Shown here in pieces: positions 1 to 7,687 of a stretch of DNA of 14,400 nt (position 1 is its first letter; each line of letters begins with the position of its first letter). The stretch is taken from contig CAJUCU010000011.1 in assembly GCA_910585335.1 (NCBI GenBank), positions 3,979 through 18,378 on the forward strand, given 5' to 3'. A program made the position numbers and the translations under genes. Source of the DNA: an uncultured Bacilli bacterium (GTDB taxonomy: Bacteria; Bacillota_I; Bacilli_A; RF39; UBA660). Under the pieces are notes generated by a model, which worked only from the letters and a program-made list of their open reading frames with translations, was not told the DNA's origin and did no database searches.

Positions 1-1
1 A

Positions 2-388
2 ATTGAAAACCAAAAAAATGCAGATAATAAATTATCAATATTTAAAAATTTACCAATAAAACATAAATGTATAACAGCGCAGCCATTATTAGAAAAAATA
101 GATATTGAAAAATATCTTGATAATATTGAATTAGTTGTAGTAGGAGGAGAATCGGATATTAATGCTAGAGTATTTAATTATGATTGGGTATTAGATATTA
201 GAGAACAATGCATGAGGAAGAACGTTGATTTTGAATTTAGACAATGTGGAACTTATACAATCAAAGATGGAAAACAATATAAGATACAGACGAAGGATTT
301 GTGCAAACAAGCGAGATTAGCTAATATTGATTATAAGAGTAATCGCTATACAATAAATTCAAAAGATATAAAGAATGATTCCATATGA
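2..388 (+). CDS. DUF5131 / phage Gp37-Gp68 family protein, C-terminal fragment (5' end lies left of the window)
   Basis: Frame 2 is open from the window edge to TGA at 386-388. It is absent from the ORF track because it has no in-window start. My translation reads ...ITAQPLLEKIDIEKYLDNIELVVVGGESDINARVFNYDWVLDIREQCMRKNVDFEFRQCGTYTIKDGKQYKIQTKDL... The block VVGGES..AR....W...iR.QC......F.F.Q.G matches the conserved C-terminal core I remember for DUF5131. Recalled from memory, not searched. Confidence 0.55.
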   Translation: MENQKNADNKLSIFKNLPIKHKCITAQPLLEKIDIEKYLDNIELVVVGGESDINARVFNYDWVLDIREQCMRKNVDFEFRQCGTYTIKDGKQYKIQTKDLCKQARLANIDYKSNRYTINSKDIKNDSI

Positions 389-440
389 GTTATTAGGGAA
401 TCATTTAAAAGAAATAATAATTTATGGGAAGGAGTGTTGT

Positions 441-545
441 ATGATGGAAAAAACGAAAAAATTCTTTAAAGAACATAAAAAGCGAATTGGTTGGATCATA
501 ATTTTAATTGGTATTACTGTTGCTTGTGCAATAAATTTATTGTAG
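441..545 (+). CDS. 34-aa small membrane peptide (charged N-terminus plus one hydrophobic helix)
   Basis: AAGGAG at 429-434 sits 6 nt before ATG 441. Translation is MMEKTKKFFKEHKKRIGWIIILIGITVACAINLL, with stop TAG at 543-545. It is too short for the ORF track. No homology claim is made. Confidence 0.35.
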   Translation: MMEKTKKFFKEHKKRIGWIIILIGITVACAINLL

Positions 546-722
546 AAGATGGTTTTTAAGAGATAATATACGATTTTTGATTTTTTCATTTGTATTTTCA
601 ATTTTTTCTTTTGATACTGTTTCATTTGTCATAAGTTTTTTATGTAAGTCGATTATATTACTTTGGACTTTATCTATTGTTTCTTGTTTTATTTACTCTA
701 TAATGCAATCTATATTTTTCAT
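537..722 (-). pseudogene. Small coiled-coil-like ORF interrupted by an in-frame TAA at codon 10, or a 9-codon leader ORF
   Basis: Minus-strand reading is MKNIDCIIE-TAA-IKQETIDKVQSNIIDLHKKLMTNETVSKEKIENTNEKIKNRILSLKNHLLQ-TAA. The start is at 722-720, the in-frame stop at 695-693 and the final stop at 539-537. Strong SD with a 7-nt spacer. An internal ATG at 632-630 would give only 31 aa and has no SD. The track ORF 422-625(-) is a different frame that I do not support. Confidence 0.3.
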
Positions 723-747
723 TGTTTGTCCTCCCTAAATAATGCAT

Positions 748-776
748 ATTATATGTTATACATTTTATCTTGTCAA
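748..776 (-). promoter_or_regulatory. Consensus sigma-A promoter on the minus strand (TTGACA-17 nt-TATAAT)
   Basis: The reverse complement of 748-776 reads TTGACA agataaaatgtataaca TATAAT. The -35 is the complement of 771-776, the spacer is 17 nt, and the -10 is the complement of 748-753. GGGAGG (complement of 730-735) and ATG (complement of 720-722) follow. Confidence 0.6.
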
Positions 777-819
777 ATTTCATTCGTTTGTGTTTGTGGT
801 TTTATTATAGTTAGATTCA

Positions 820-828
820 TGATATAAT
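820..828 (+). promoter_or_regulatory. Extended -10 promoter (TGaTATAAT) upstream of the GNAT gene
   Basis: TG at 820-821 and TATAAT at 823-828, about 50 nt upstream of ATG 880. No good -35 is seen. Confidence 0.4.
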
Positions 829-879
829 TTTGTTGAAACGTTGGTTAATAAAGTACTTATCGGCATAGTAGAGGTAAAT

Positions 880-1434
880 ATGGAGTCTTTATATGATTTA
901 AAATATGAAATACTTAATTTGAAAAATTTAGATGTTGCATTTTGGATTCAAAAGGAAACATGGCCTGATGATCCAGATTATGATGATTTGTATGATAAAG
1001 CGATACATACTGAAAAAGATAATTGTTTTTTTCTGATTTATGATAAAGATATTCTAATTGGAATAACGGGTGTAGATGTTTATGAGGCGTATCCTGATAC
1101 AATCTGGCTTGATTGGTTTACTATTTTACCTGAACATAGAAGAAAAGGCTATGGAAAAAAGGTATTATTAGATACTATATCTTATTGTAAAAAACTTGGT
1201 AACTATGATTATTTTAGAGTTGATACGACTTATTATGAAAATCGACCAGCTATCATTTTATATGATAAGATAATGCCATTAAAAGAAGATTATATTGCAG
1301 AGGATACAGAAGACTATAAAAACTATTTTATTATTTATAGTTATGGTTTAAATGGAAAACTAGAGCCTTGGAATAATAAATATCTTGGATTAAGAAGTTA
1401 TTGTGATAAATGTAATGAAAGAAATAAAGAGTGA
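880..1434 (+). CDS. GNAT family N-acetyltransferase (184 aa from ATG 880)
   Basis: The acetyl-CoA binding motif A is recognisable (ILPEHRRKGYGKKVLLDTISYCKKLG, i.e. R-x-x-G-x-G). GAGG at 871-874 sits 5 nt before ATG 880. The track's TTG 841 start has no SD. Stop TGA at 1432-1434. Confidence 0.85.
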   Translation: MESLYDLKYEILNLKNLDVAFWIQKETWPDDPDYDDLYDKAIHTEKDNCFFLIYDKDILIGITGVDVYEAYPDTIWLDWFTILPEHRRKGYGKKVLLDTISYCKKLGNYDYFRVDTTYYENRPAIILYDKIMPLKEDYIAEDTEDYKNYFIIYSYGLNGKLEPWNNKYLGLRSYCDKCNERNKE

Positions 1435-1456
1435 GTGAATAGGAGTGAGAAAAGTT

Positions 1457-1813
1457 ATGGCTAGAGTATTAAAGAATAAGCAATTAGTAAATACTAGATT
1501 GGCTACTAATTATGGTGGATGGATGTATTGTGATCAATGTAATGAGAATATTGGTTATTTATGTTATTCCACTTATGATAGATTGGAATTAAACTATCAA
1601 TGTAATTGTGGAAGTCGTGGTGAAGCTGTATTAGATTTTGAAGATAGTAAAACAGGACAAAATTGTAATGATGAATTAGTTGTTATTAAAAATAGATTTT
1701 GTTGTCCTAAGGATGAGGAACCATTAATTACTATATTAGATAAAAAAGTAGCTAGTTATGAACTTAAAGTTACTTGTAAAGCTTGTAGTAATATTTATAC
1801 AAAACAAAAATAA
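1457..1813 (+). CDS. Cys-rich hypothetical protein (118 aa), probably with zinc-ribbon-like CxxC pairs
   Basis: AGGAG at 1441-1445 precedes ATG 1457; the track's GTG 1445 overlaps that SD. Cys motifs are CDQC, CNC, CC and CKAC. It follows the GNAT stop by 10-22 nt. I do not recognise a family. Confidence 0.6.
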   Translation: MARVLKNKQLVNTRLATNYGGWMYCDQCNENIGYLCYSTYDRLELNYQCNCGSRGEAVLDFEDSKTGQNCNDELVVIKNRFCCPKDEEPLITILDKKVASYELKVTCKACSNIYTKQK

Positions 1814-1841
1814 TCAGTTATTTGAATAAGGAGGAAAAAAT

Positions 1842-2177
1842 ATGGAAAATAGAACATGTCAAAGTTGTGGTATGCCGATTACATCAGATTTACAATTAGG
1901 TACTAATAAAGATGGGAGTATTCAGTCTGATTATTGTAAATATTGTTTTCAATTAGGAGAATTTGTAGATAAAGTTTCTATGGATGAATATATTGAGATG
2001 TGTTCTAAATATGCTTTTCAAGCAGGAATGACAAACGAAGAGATGAAAGCGTATTGTATGGAGCTTTTTCCTACTTTAAAAAGATGGAAGTGTACTTGTA
2101 CTGATGAATGTGCTAGTGGTTATAATCCTAATTGTACTTGTACAAATCCAGAGTGTCATTGTACCGAAAAACAGTAG
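1842..2177 (+). CDS. Zinc-ribbon domain protein with a Cys-rich metallothionein-like C-terminal tail
   Basis: AAGGAGG at 1828-1834 sits 7 nt before ATG 1842. The N-terminus CQSCGMP...GTNKDGS...YCKYCF..GEF is the pattern I associate with the 'putative zinc ribbon' domain common in Clostridia. The tail is KCTCTDECASGYNPNCTCTNPECHC. Confidence 0.7.
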   Translation: MENRTCQSCGMPITSDLQLGTNKDGSIQSDYCKYCFQLGEFVDKVSMDEYIEMCSKYAFQAGMTNEEMKAYCMELFPTLKRWKCTCTDECASGYNPNCTCTNPECHCTEKQ

Positions 2178-2197
2178 TTGGTAAGGGATGCGAGAAA

Positions 2198-3082
2198 ATG
2201 AAATTTGTTCCAGCTAAGACCATACTTACCAAAGTTAAGAATGGGGCTTATTGGTATGGTGTTGATTATAATATGAATTTATATCGTGGGTGTTCTCATG
2301 GGTGTATTTATTGTGATAGTAGAAGTAATTGCTATCATATAGATGACTTTGATGTAGTGCGAGGAAAAGAGAATGCTCTTTTTATTTTAGAACGCGAACT
2401 TATCAAAAATATGAGAGGTGTTATTGGTATTGGTGCGATGTCTGATACTTATAATCCTAAAGAATTAAAATATGAACAGACAAGAGGGGCTTTAAAACTT
2501 ATTTCAAAATATGGGTTTGGTGTTTCTATTGATACAAAGAGTGATTTGATATTAAGAGATCTTGATTTGTTGAAAGAGATTCATTCTAAAAACAATGTAA
2601 TTATAAAATTTACTATTACCACACCAAGAGATGATTTATCACAGATTATTGAACCAGGTGCGCCTGTTTCTTCTAAGAGATTTTATGCTATTAAAACGTT
2701 AGCTGAAAACGGTCTTTTTGTAGGGATTATGCTTAATCCAGTTCTTCCTTTTATTACAGATAAAGAAGAGGATATTAAAAGGTTTGTAGAGCTTGCCTAT
2801 CAATGTGGTGCTAGATTTATTCATACTTATATGAGTATGACTTTACGAGAAAATCAAAGAGATTATTATTTTGAAAAGTTAGATGAGCATTTTATAGGAC
2901 TTCGTGAGAAATATATTCGTTATTATGGAAACCGCTATGATTGTGTTGTACCTAATTGTAAGAGATTATATAAAGTTTTTGCTGACGAGTGTGAAAAGTA
3001 TGGTATTTTATATCGGATGGATGAGATCATTAAAGCATATAAAAAAGAATGTGAAACTAGTGAACAAATAACGTTATTTTAA
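2198..3082 (+). CDS. Radical SAM protein, SplB / 'DNA repair photolyase'-like (COG1533-type), 294 aa
   Basis: CxxxCxxC cluster motif in YRGCSHGCIYCDSR near the N-terminus. Size and overall layout resemble stand-alone SplB-like radical SAM proteins. I chose ATG 2198 (AAGGGA 9 nt upstream). The track's 2132 start would overlap the previous gene by 46 nt. Confidence 0.8.
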   Translation: MKFVPAKTILTKVKNGAYWYGVDYNMNLYRGCSHGCIYCDSRSNCYHIDDFDVVRGKENALFILERELIKNMRGVIGIGAMSDTYNPKELKYEQTRGALKLISKYGFGVSIDTKSDLILRDLDLLKEIHSKNNVIIKFTITTPRDDLSQIIEPGAPVSSKRFYAIKTLAENGLFVGIMLNPVLPFITDKEEDIKRFVELAYQCGARFIHTYMSMTLRENQRDYYFEKLDEHFIGLREKYIRYYGNRYDCVVPNCKRLYKVFADECEKYGILYRMDEIIKAYKKECETSEQITLF

Positions 3083-3101
3083 CTGTTATTTGTTATTTTT
3101 C

Positions 3102-3110
3102 TGGTATAAT
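3102..3110 (+). promoter_or_regulatory. Extended -10 promoter (TGgTATAAT) upstream of the SNF2 helicase
   Basis: TG at 3102-3103 and TATAAT at 3105-3110, 32 nt upstream of ATG 3142. Confidence 0.4.
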
Positions 3111-3141
3111 ATAGAAAAGTTCATTAAAGGAAGTATGCGGT

Positions 3142-6100
3142 ATGGTAGATTTAGGAATACAAAAAATACATCAATTTGTAGGTGCTGACTCTTATACAAA
3201 AGGGCTTCAATATCCTAAAAGATATGTAAAATATACAGATAAGTTTGATTTCAAGGATATTCATATTCATCAGTTTCAAGTGGAGTCAGAGCGTACTTAT
3301 GATTTTTATGAGGTGGAAATTCATGAGCGTGCTTGTGAAGTTTTAAATGCTACTTGTACTTGTCTTCAATATCAAAGAGTGGAGAGTTGTAAACATATTG
3401 CTGCTTGTTTGCTCCAATATAAAGAAGATATTTTTGTTGTTGATCCACTTGAGAAAAGTTTTTTGATTTCTAAAGGGATTTTAGAAGAATTTTATCAAAA
3501 ACCGACAACTCGAAAAGTAAAATTAAAGAAACAGTTAACACTTGCTTTAGAACTTGAGTTTCACAATTCTTACTATGGTTCTAGCGTTTATTTTAAATTT
3601 AAAATAGGGGAAGAGAAACTTTATAGTCTTAATAATAAATTAAGTAGATTTTTAGCCAATTATGATAGACGTGATGATGTTATTGAGTTTGGTAAGAATT
3701 TTACTTATGATCCAGAAGCTTATTTCTTTTCGAAGGAAGATGAAGAAATTATTTATTACTTGGTAGCACTTTATAAGAGAAATCCTTATTATAATTATAG
3801 AGATTTTTCTCTTAGTTTGGAGGAGGCCTCTCGACTTTTTTCGCTTTTGAGTCATAAAACTTTTTCGGTGGTAAAGCACGGGGAAATGCATCACTTTTTG
3901 GAAGAAAGTCCTATTGCTATATTATTTGCTAAAGAAGGGGAGTATTATCGTCTTTCTTTTCAAACAGATGGGGTTTCTTTTCTTACGAATGATTATCAGT
4001 ATGCTATAAAGGAAGATACTTTGTATCAAATTCCATCTAAAATTAGTCGGATTATTCAGGCGGTGAAGGAGAATAAACTAGATAATCTTATTTTTAAAAA
4101 ACAGGATTTATCGCTTTTTCATCAAGGAATTTTGCCTATTGTTCAAAATGATATTATTCTTGATGATTCTTTAAAAGATGAAATTGTTTTAGGAGTAAAG
4201 CCTGCAATTAAAATTTATTTAGATTTAAAAAATAAGATGATTCTTTGCAATGTTAAACTTCAGTATCAAGAAGAAGAGATTGATTACTTTGATTCTTTCT
4301 CTCATATTGTTCGAGATGAACAAATAGAAAGTCAGGTGATAGAGGATCTTTTGAAATATGGCTTTTTGGTGGAGAATAAGAAAATTTATATAGATGATGT
4401 TGATGTTATTGGAGAGTTTTTGACTTGTTATTTAGAAGCGCTTGCAACAGATTATGAGGTTTTTACATCTGAGAAAGTAAAGAAGACCAATATTTTGAAA
4501 GATATGAGTATTCGTTCTAGTTTTAGTATTGGTCAAGATAATATTATGAAGTATGAGTTTGATTTGGGGGATATTCATAAGAGTGAGATTGGTCATGTTT
4601 TGGATAGCATGAGGAAGAATAAGAAATATTATCGTTTGAAAAATGGACATTTGTTAGATTTAAGTGAGAATCATGAATTGAAACAGTTACAATCTTTGAT
4701 AAATGATATGGAACTCACCGATAAAGATTTACAAAATGGTAATGGTAGTCTTCCGAAATATAGGGCTATATATTTGGACAGTATCAAGAAGGAGCAATAT
4801 CATATTATTCAAACTGATAATTTATTTGATGAGTTGATTTATAATTTTAATTCTTATAAGGATGAGAGGATACAGCTTAGTCCTAAAGAAAAAAAGATTT
4901 TGCGTGATTATCAGGAAATAGGAGTGAAATGGTTATATAATATTTATAAGTGTGGATTTGGTGGTATTTTAGCCGATGAAATGGGACTTGGAAAGTCTAT
5001 TCAACTTATTTATTTTCTTAAGCAAGTTTTAAAAGAGAAAAGGGATGCTAAGATTTTAATTGTAGCACCTACTGCGCTTATTTATAATTGGAAAAATGAG
5101 TTTGATAAATTTGGTAGAGAGATGAAGTATAAAGTTTTTGCTGAGAGTAGAGTTTTACGAAAAAAGGAATTAGAACGTGCTCAAGATATTAATGTTTTTA
5201 TTACTACTTATGGTCTTCTTAAGCAAGATCAAGAACTATATTCTGCTATTTCTTTTGATGTGATTGCGATTGATGAAGCTCAAAATATTAAGAATGCTAA
5301 TTCACAAATGACTAAAATAGTGAAATCTATGCAAGGATCTGTTATGCTTGCTTTAACTGGGACTCCGCTTGAAAACTCTGTTTTAGAACTTTGGAGTATT
5401 TTTGATTTTATTATGCCAGGTTATTTGTCTAGTTATATGAGTTTTCAAAAGAAATATAATGTGAGAGATGTTGATAAGGATAACTTAAAGTTATTAGATA
5501 ATCTAAATCAAAAAATCCAACCATTTATTCTTAGAAGACGAAAAAAAGATGTTGTGACAGAACTTCCAGAGAAGCTTGAAAATAATATTTATATTGATTT
5601 AACTGAACAACAGAAGAAGCTTTATGTTGCACAACTTGAAAAGACAAAAAAGGAAATGGATGAAATTATAGCGACAGAAGGATTTCGAAAGGGTAGTTTT
5701 AAAATTTTACAGTTGCTTACGAAATTGAGGCAACTTTGTATTGATCCTAGAATTTTGTATGAAAATTATAAAGGGGGCAGTGCTAAGATAGAGAATTTGG
5801 TTTCTTTGGTGGAAGAAGTGATTCAAAATGGTCATAAGATTTTACTTTTTACTAGTTACAAGACGGCTTTAGATATTGTCAATCGAGAATTTACTAATCG
5901 CAATATTTCTACTTATGTTATTGATGGAAGTGTATCTTCTAAAAAGCGAATGGAACTGGTTGATAAGTTTAATCAAGATGATACTAATGTTTTTTTAATC
6001 ACTTTGAAAGCTGGAGGGACAGGGCTTAATCTTACTAGTGCAGATGTTGTGATTCACTTAGATTTATGGTGGAATCCACAAGTTGAAAATCAAGCTACTG

Positions 6101-6315
6101 ATAGGGCTCATAGAATTGGCCAGAAGAATACGGTTGAAGTAATTAAACTAATTTGTAAAGGAACTATTGAAGAGAGAATTTTGGAACTTCAAAATAAGAA
6201 GAAAGTTCTTAGTGATAAGGTAATTGAAGGGGATGAACGCGATCAGAATATTCTTTCTCGACTTACTGAAAAAGATATTCAGCGCTTGTTATCTTTGGAT
6301 TATGAGGATGTTTAG
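3142..6315 (+). CDS. SWIM zinc finger + SNF2-family DEAD/DEAH helicase (YwqA-like), 1057 aa
   Basis: N-terminal SWIM motif CTCLQYQRVESCKHIAACLL (CxC...CxH). Helicase motifs are LADEMGLGKS (Walker A/motif I), DEAQNIKN (motif II), LTGTPLEN (motif III), and LKAGGTGLNLTSADVVIHLDLWWNPQVENQATDRAHRIGQ (motifs V-VI, typical of SNF2). Confidence 0.95.
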   Translation: MVDLGIQKIHQFVGADSYTKGLQYPKRYVKYTDKFDFKDIHIHQFQVESERTYDFYEVEIHERACEVLNATCTCLQYQRVESCKHIAACLLQYKEDIFVVDPLEKSFLISKGILEEFYQKPTTRKVKLKKQLTLALELEFHNSYYGSSVYFKFKIGEEKLYSLNNKLSRFLANYDRRDDVIEFGKNFTYDPEAYFFSKEDEEIIYYLVALYKRNPYYNYRDFSLSLEEASRLFSLLSHKTFSVVKHGEMHHFLEESPIAILFAKEGEYYRLSFQTDGVSFLTNDYQYAIKEDTLYQIPSKISRIIQAVKENKLDNLIFKKQDLSLFHQGILPIVQNDIILDDSLKDEIVLGVKPAIKIYLDLKNKMILCNVKLQYQEEEIDYFDSFSHIVRDEQIESQVIEDLLKYGFLVENKKIYIDDVDVIGEFLTCYLEALATDYEVFTSEKVKKTNILKDMSIRSSFSIGQDNIMKYEFDLGDIHKSEIGHVLDSMRKNKKYYRLKNGHLLDLSENHELKQLQSLINDMELTDKDLQNGNGSLPKYRAIYLDSIKKEQYHIIQTDNLFDELIYNFNSYKDERIQLSPKEKKILRDYQEIGVKWLYNIYKCGFGGILADEMGLGKSIQLIYFLKQVLKEKRDAKILIVAPTALIYNWKNEFDKFGREMKYKVFAESRVLRKKELERAQDINVFITTYGLLKQDQELYSAISFDVIAIDEAQNIKNANSQMTKIVKSMQGSVMLALTGTPLENSVLELWSIFDFIMPGYLSSYMSFQKKYNVRDVDKDNLKLLDNLNQKIQPFILRRRKKDVVTELPEKLENNIYIDLTEQQKKLYVAQLEKTKKEMDEIIATEGFRKGSFKILQLLTKLRQLCIDPRILYENYKGGSAKIENLVSLVEEVIQNGHKILLFTSYKTALDIVNREFTNRNISTYVIDGSVSSKKRMELVDKFNQDDTNVFLITLKAGGTGLNLTSADVVIHLDLWWNPQVENQATDRAHRIGQKNTVEVIKLICKGTIEERILELQNKKKVLSDKVIEGDERDQNILSRLTEKDIQRLLSLDYEDV

Positions 6316-6429
6316 TATTTTTGGATGAGCAAATATGAAGTACATAGTTATTTTAACTTTATAAAAATAAAAACTGTATTTATGAATATTAACATGTATT
6401 TGCAATGTCTAATTTTGATTAAAAATTGT

Positions 6430-6457
6430 TTTACCTAATAGGGTTTTGTGTTATACT
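6430..6457 (+). promoter_or_regulatory. Putative tRNA promoter (TTTACC-16 nt-TGtTATACT)
   Basis: -35-like TTTACC at 6430-6435, TG at 6449-6450 and TATACT at 6452-6457, 18 nt upstream of the tRNA 5' end. Confidence 0.4.
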
Positions 6458-6475
6458 AGTTTTGTAGCAAGTCAT

Positions 6476-6551
6476 GCCGACTTAGCTCAGTTGGTAGAGC
6501 AACGCCCTCGTAACGCGTAGGTCGAAGGTTCAAGTCCTTTAGTCGGCACCA
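6476..6551 (+). tRNA. tRNA-Thr (anticodon CGU), CCA encoded
   Basis: Hand-folded cloverleaf. The acceptor stem GCCGACT pairs with AGTCGGC. The D arm is GCTC-AGTTGGTA-GAGC. The anticodon arm is ACGCC-CTCGTAA-CGCGT, with U33, anticodon CGT at 6509-6511 and A37; the loop-proximal 31:39 pair is a C-C mismatch. The variable loop is AGGTC and the T arm is GAAGG-TTCAAGT-CCTTT. Discriminator A plus CCA end at 6551. Confidence 0.88.
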
Positions 6552-6564
6552 GAGTGATACTAAA

Positions 6565-6596
6565 CTCGAACTTTTGAATTATAAAGTTCGGGTTTT
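6565..6596 (+). terminator. Rho-independent terminator after the tRNA
   Basis: A 10-bp stem pairs CTCGAACTTT (6565-6574) with AAAGTTCGGG (6583-6592), including one G.U. The loop is 8 nt and TTTT follows at 6593-6596. Confidence 0.7.
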
Positions 6597-6712
6597 AATA
6601 TGTTTAGAATATGATAGAATATTTATGAAAACTTGAAGATGTCAATTTAGTAAAAATATACTTGTACAGTGACATTATTAATATATATTTTCAATTAATA
6701 AGGAGCAGTCTT

Positions 6713-7462
6713 ATGAAAGTGAAAAATATTACAATTAGTGATATTCAAGATATTGATTCCTAATTTTCATTTTTTCATTATACGAATAAAAATAATATTG
6801 AGAGTATAGATAAAAATGGGCTAATTTCTAAAATTGGAGATAGTGCAACAGGTATAGAAATAACTGAAAAAATATTTTTTGCTATTGGAATAAAGGGAGT
6901 ATTTTCTATTTTTGATTCTTGGATAAGGTGGTTAATAGCCAAAAGATTAACAGATTTACCAGGAAAAAAAGCGGATATATCGTTTTATCGTTTCTGTACT
7001 TTTGTGATGAGATTACCAGTTTTGCATTATTTTGTGGCAATCATTGTTAATTTAGCAGTTTGGTTAGAATTTAGATTTAAACCATTTAAAATCAAATCTT
7101 TTAAAATTATGAAAGATATATTAGATAATAGTTGCTTTCTAATATTAGATTTAGAAGAAGAGGTCTACTTTTCATATAAAGATATTGGCGAGGTAAAGAA
7201 TCAAAAATTTAATAGAAAGTTATTAAAAACAGTATATGCTAGGCAAAATAAAATGAATAGTAAAAAAATGGATTATTGGAATATGCATACTTTTAGTAAT
7301 GTAGCTATTCCTCCTAATAAAATAACATTAATTAAACTTCACGATTCTTATAATTGCTTAGATATTTTATTATGGATGATAGAAAATATAAAATTAGATT
7401 TAAAAGTATTATCTCCTTATTTATATGAATTTTTAGATTATTATAAGTTACTGAAGAAATAA
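6713..7462 (+). pseudogene. Hypothetical protein gene with an in-frame TAA at codon 17 (16 aa + stop + 232 aa), otherwise intact
   Basis: Possible promoter TTGTAC (6662-6667)-16 nt-TATATT (6684-6689). AAGGAG at 6700-6705 sits 7 nt before ATG 6713. I checked the reading codon by codon: MKVKNITISDIQDIDS-TAA(6761-6763)-FSFFHYTNKNNIESIDKNGLISKIGDSATGIEITEKIFFAIG... It is open in the same frame to the stop at 7460-7462. The track reports only the GTG 7004 remnant (152 aa), which has no SD. Confidence 0.5.
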
Positions 7463-7511
7463 TTATAAATGCTATTGTACTTGATCAGATTGATTGTTAT
7501 TTGGACTTTTC

Positions 7512-7536
7512 CTAACTAAAAATAGTTAGATTTTTG
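7512..7536 (+). terminator. Weak AT-rich rho-independent terminator
   Basis: A 7-bp stem pairs CTAACTA (7512-7518) with TAGTTAG (7523-7529). The loop is AAAA and TTTTTGTT begins at 7531. Confidence 0.35.
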
Positions 7537-7678
7537 TTCTTTCTCGGAAAGTGAGAATCATAATTATGGTAATAGAAACAAAAGTACTTGTAATATGTGA
7601 AGATTTAGAAAGAAAAGTAGATGAAAATAGCTGGTTATTATTTGGTGAAGTGAAAATATATTTATTAAATAGCATTTA

Positions 7679-7687
7679 TGATATAAT
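7679..7687 (+). promoter_or_regulatory. Extended -10 promoter (TGaTATAAT) for the retron ncRNA/RT transcript
   Basis: TG at 7679-7680 and TATAAT at 7682-7687. The predicted start is around 7693-7696, about 185 nt upstream of the RT ATG. The core TGATATAATATA recurs at 8922-8933. Confidence 0.5.

Noticed and set aside
422-625. Track ORF of 67 aa on the minus strand
   Set aside because: It has no SD and a low-complexity Lys/Ile-rich translation. It overlaps the better-supported 34-aa plus-strand ORF and is a different frame from the SD-driven minus-strand ORF at 722.
914-1102. Antisense track ORFs inside well-supported genes (914-1102, 3652-3894, 4432-4650, 9043-9273, 9128-9319, 10439-10651, 11867-12070, 11893-12129)
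   Set aside because: All are short and lie within longer ORFs that have recognisable motifs or a good SD. Their translations are low-complexity, as expected for chance open frames in AT-rich DNA.
841-2197. Upstream-extended starts from the ORF track (TTG 841, GTG 1445, ATG 2132; likewise ATG 9110)
   Set aside because: Each lacks an SD or would overlap the preceding gene. Downstream ATGs at 880, 1457, 2198 and 9182 have properly spaced SD sequences.
3142-6315. The SNF2 helicase as part of a DISARM- or BREX-like defence system
   Set aside because: No partner genes (methyltransferase, PLD/DUF1998, PglZ and so on) are present. The SWIM+SNF2 architecture matches the widespread YwqA-like chromosomal helicase.
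6325-6441. 38-aa ORF between the helicase and the tRNA
   Set aside because: It has no SD and a hydrophobic low-complexity translation, and it overlaps the putative tRNA promoter.
693-6763. Stop-codon (TAA) reassignment as an explanation for the two in-frame TAA codons
   Set aside because: TAA clearly terminates other well-supported genes here: the RT at 8825-8827, the radical SAM gene at 3080-3082, and the SpoIID-like gene at 13328-13330, which sits inside a terminator. TGA and TAG are also used as stops. Nonsense mutation is simpler.
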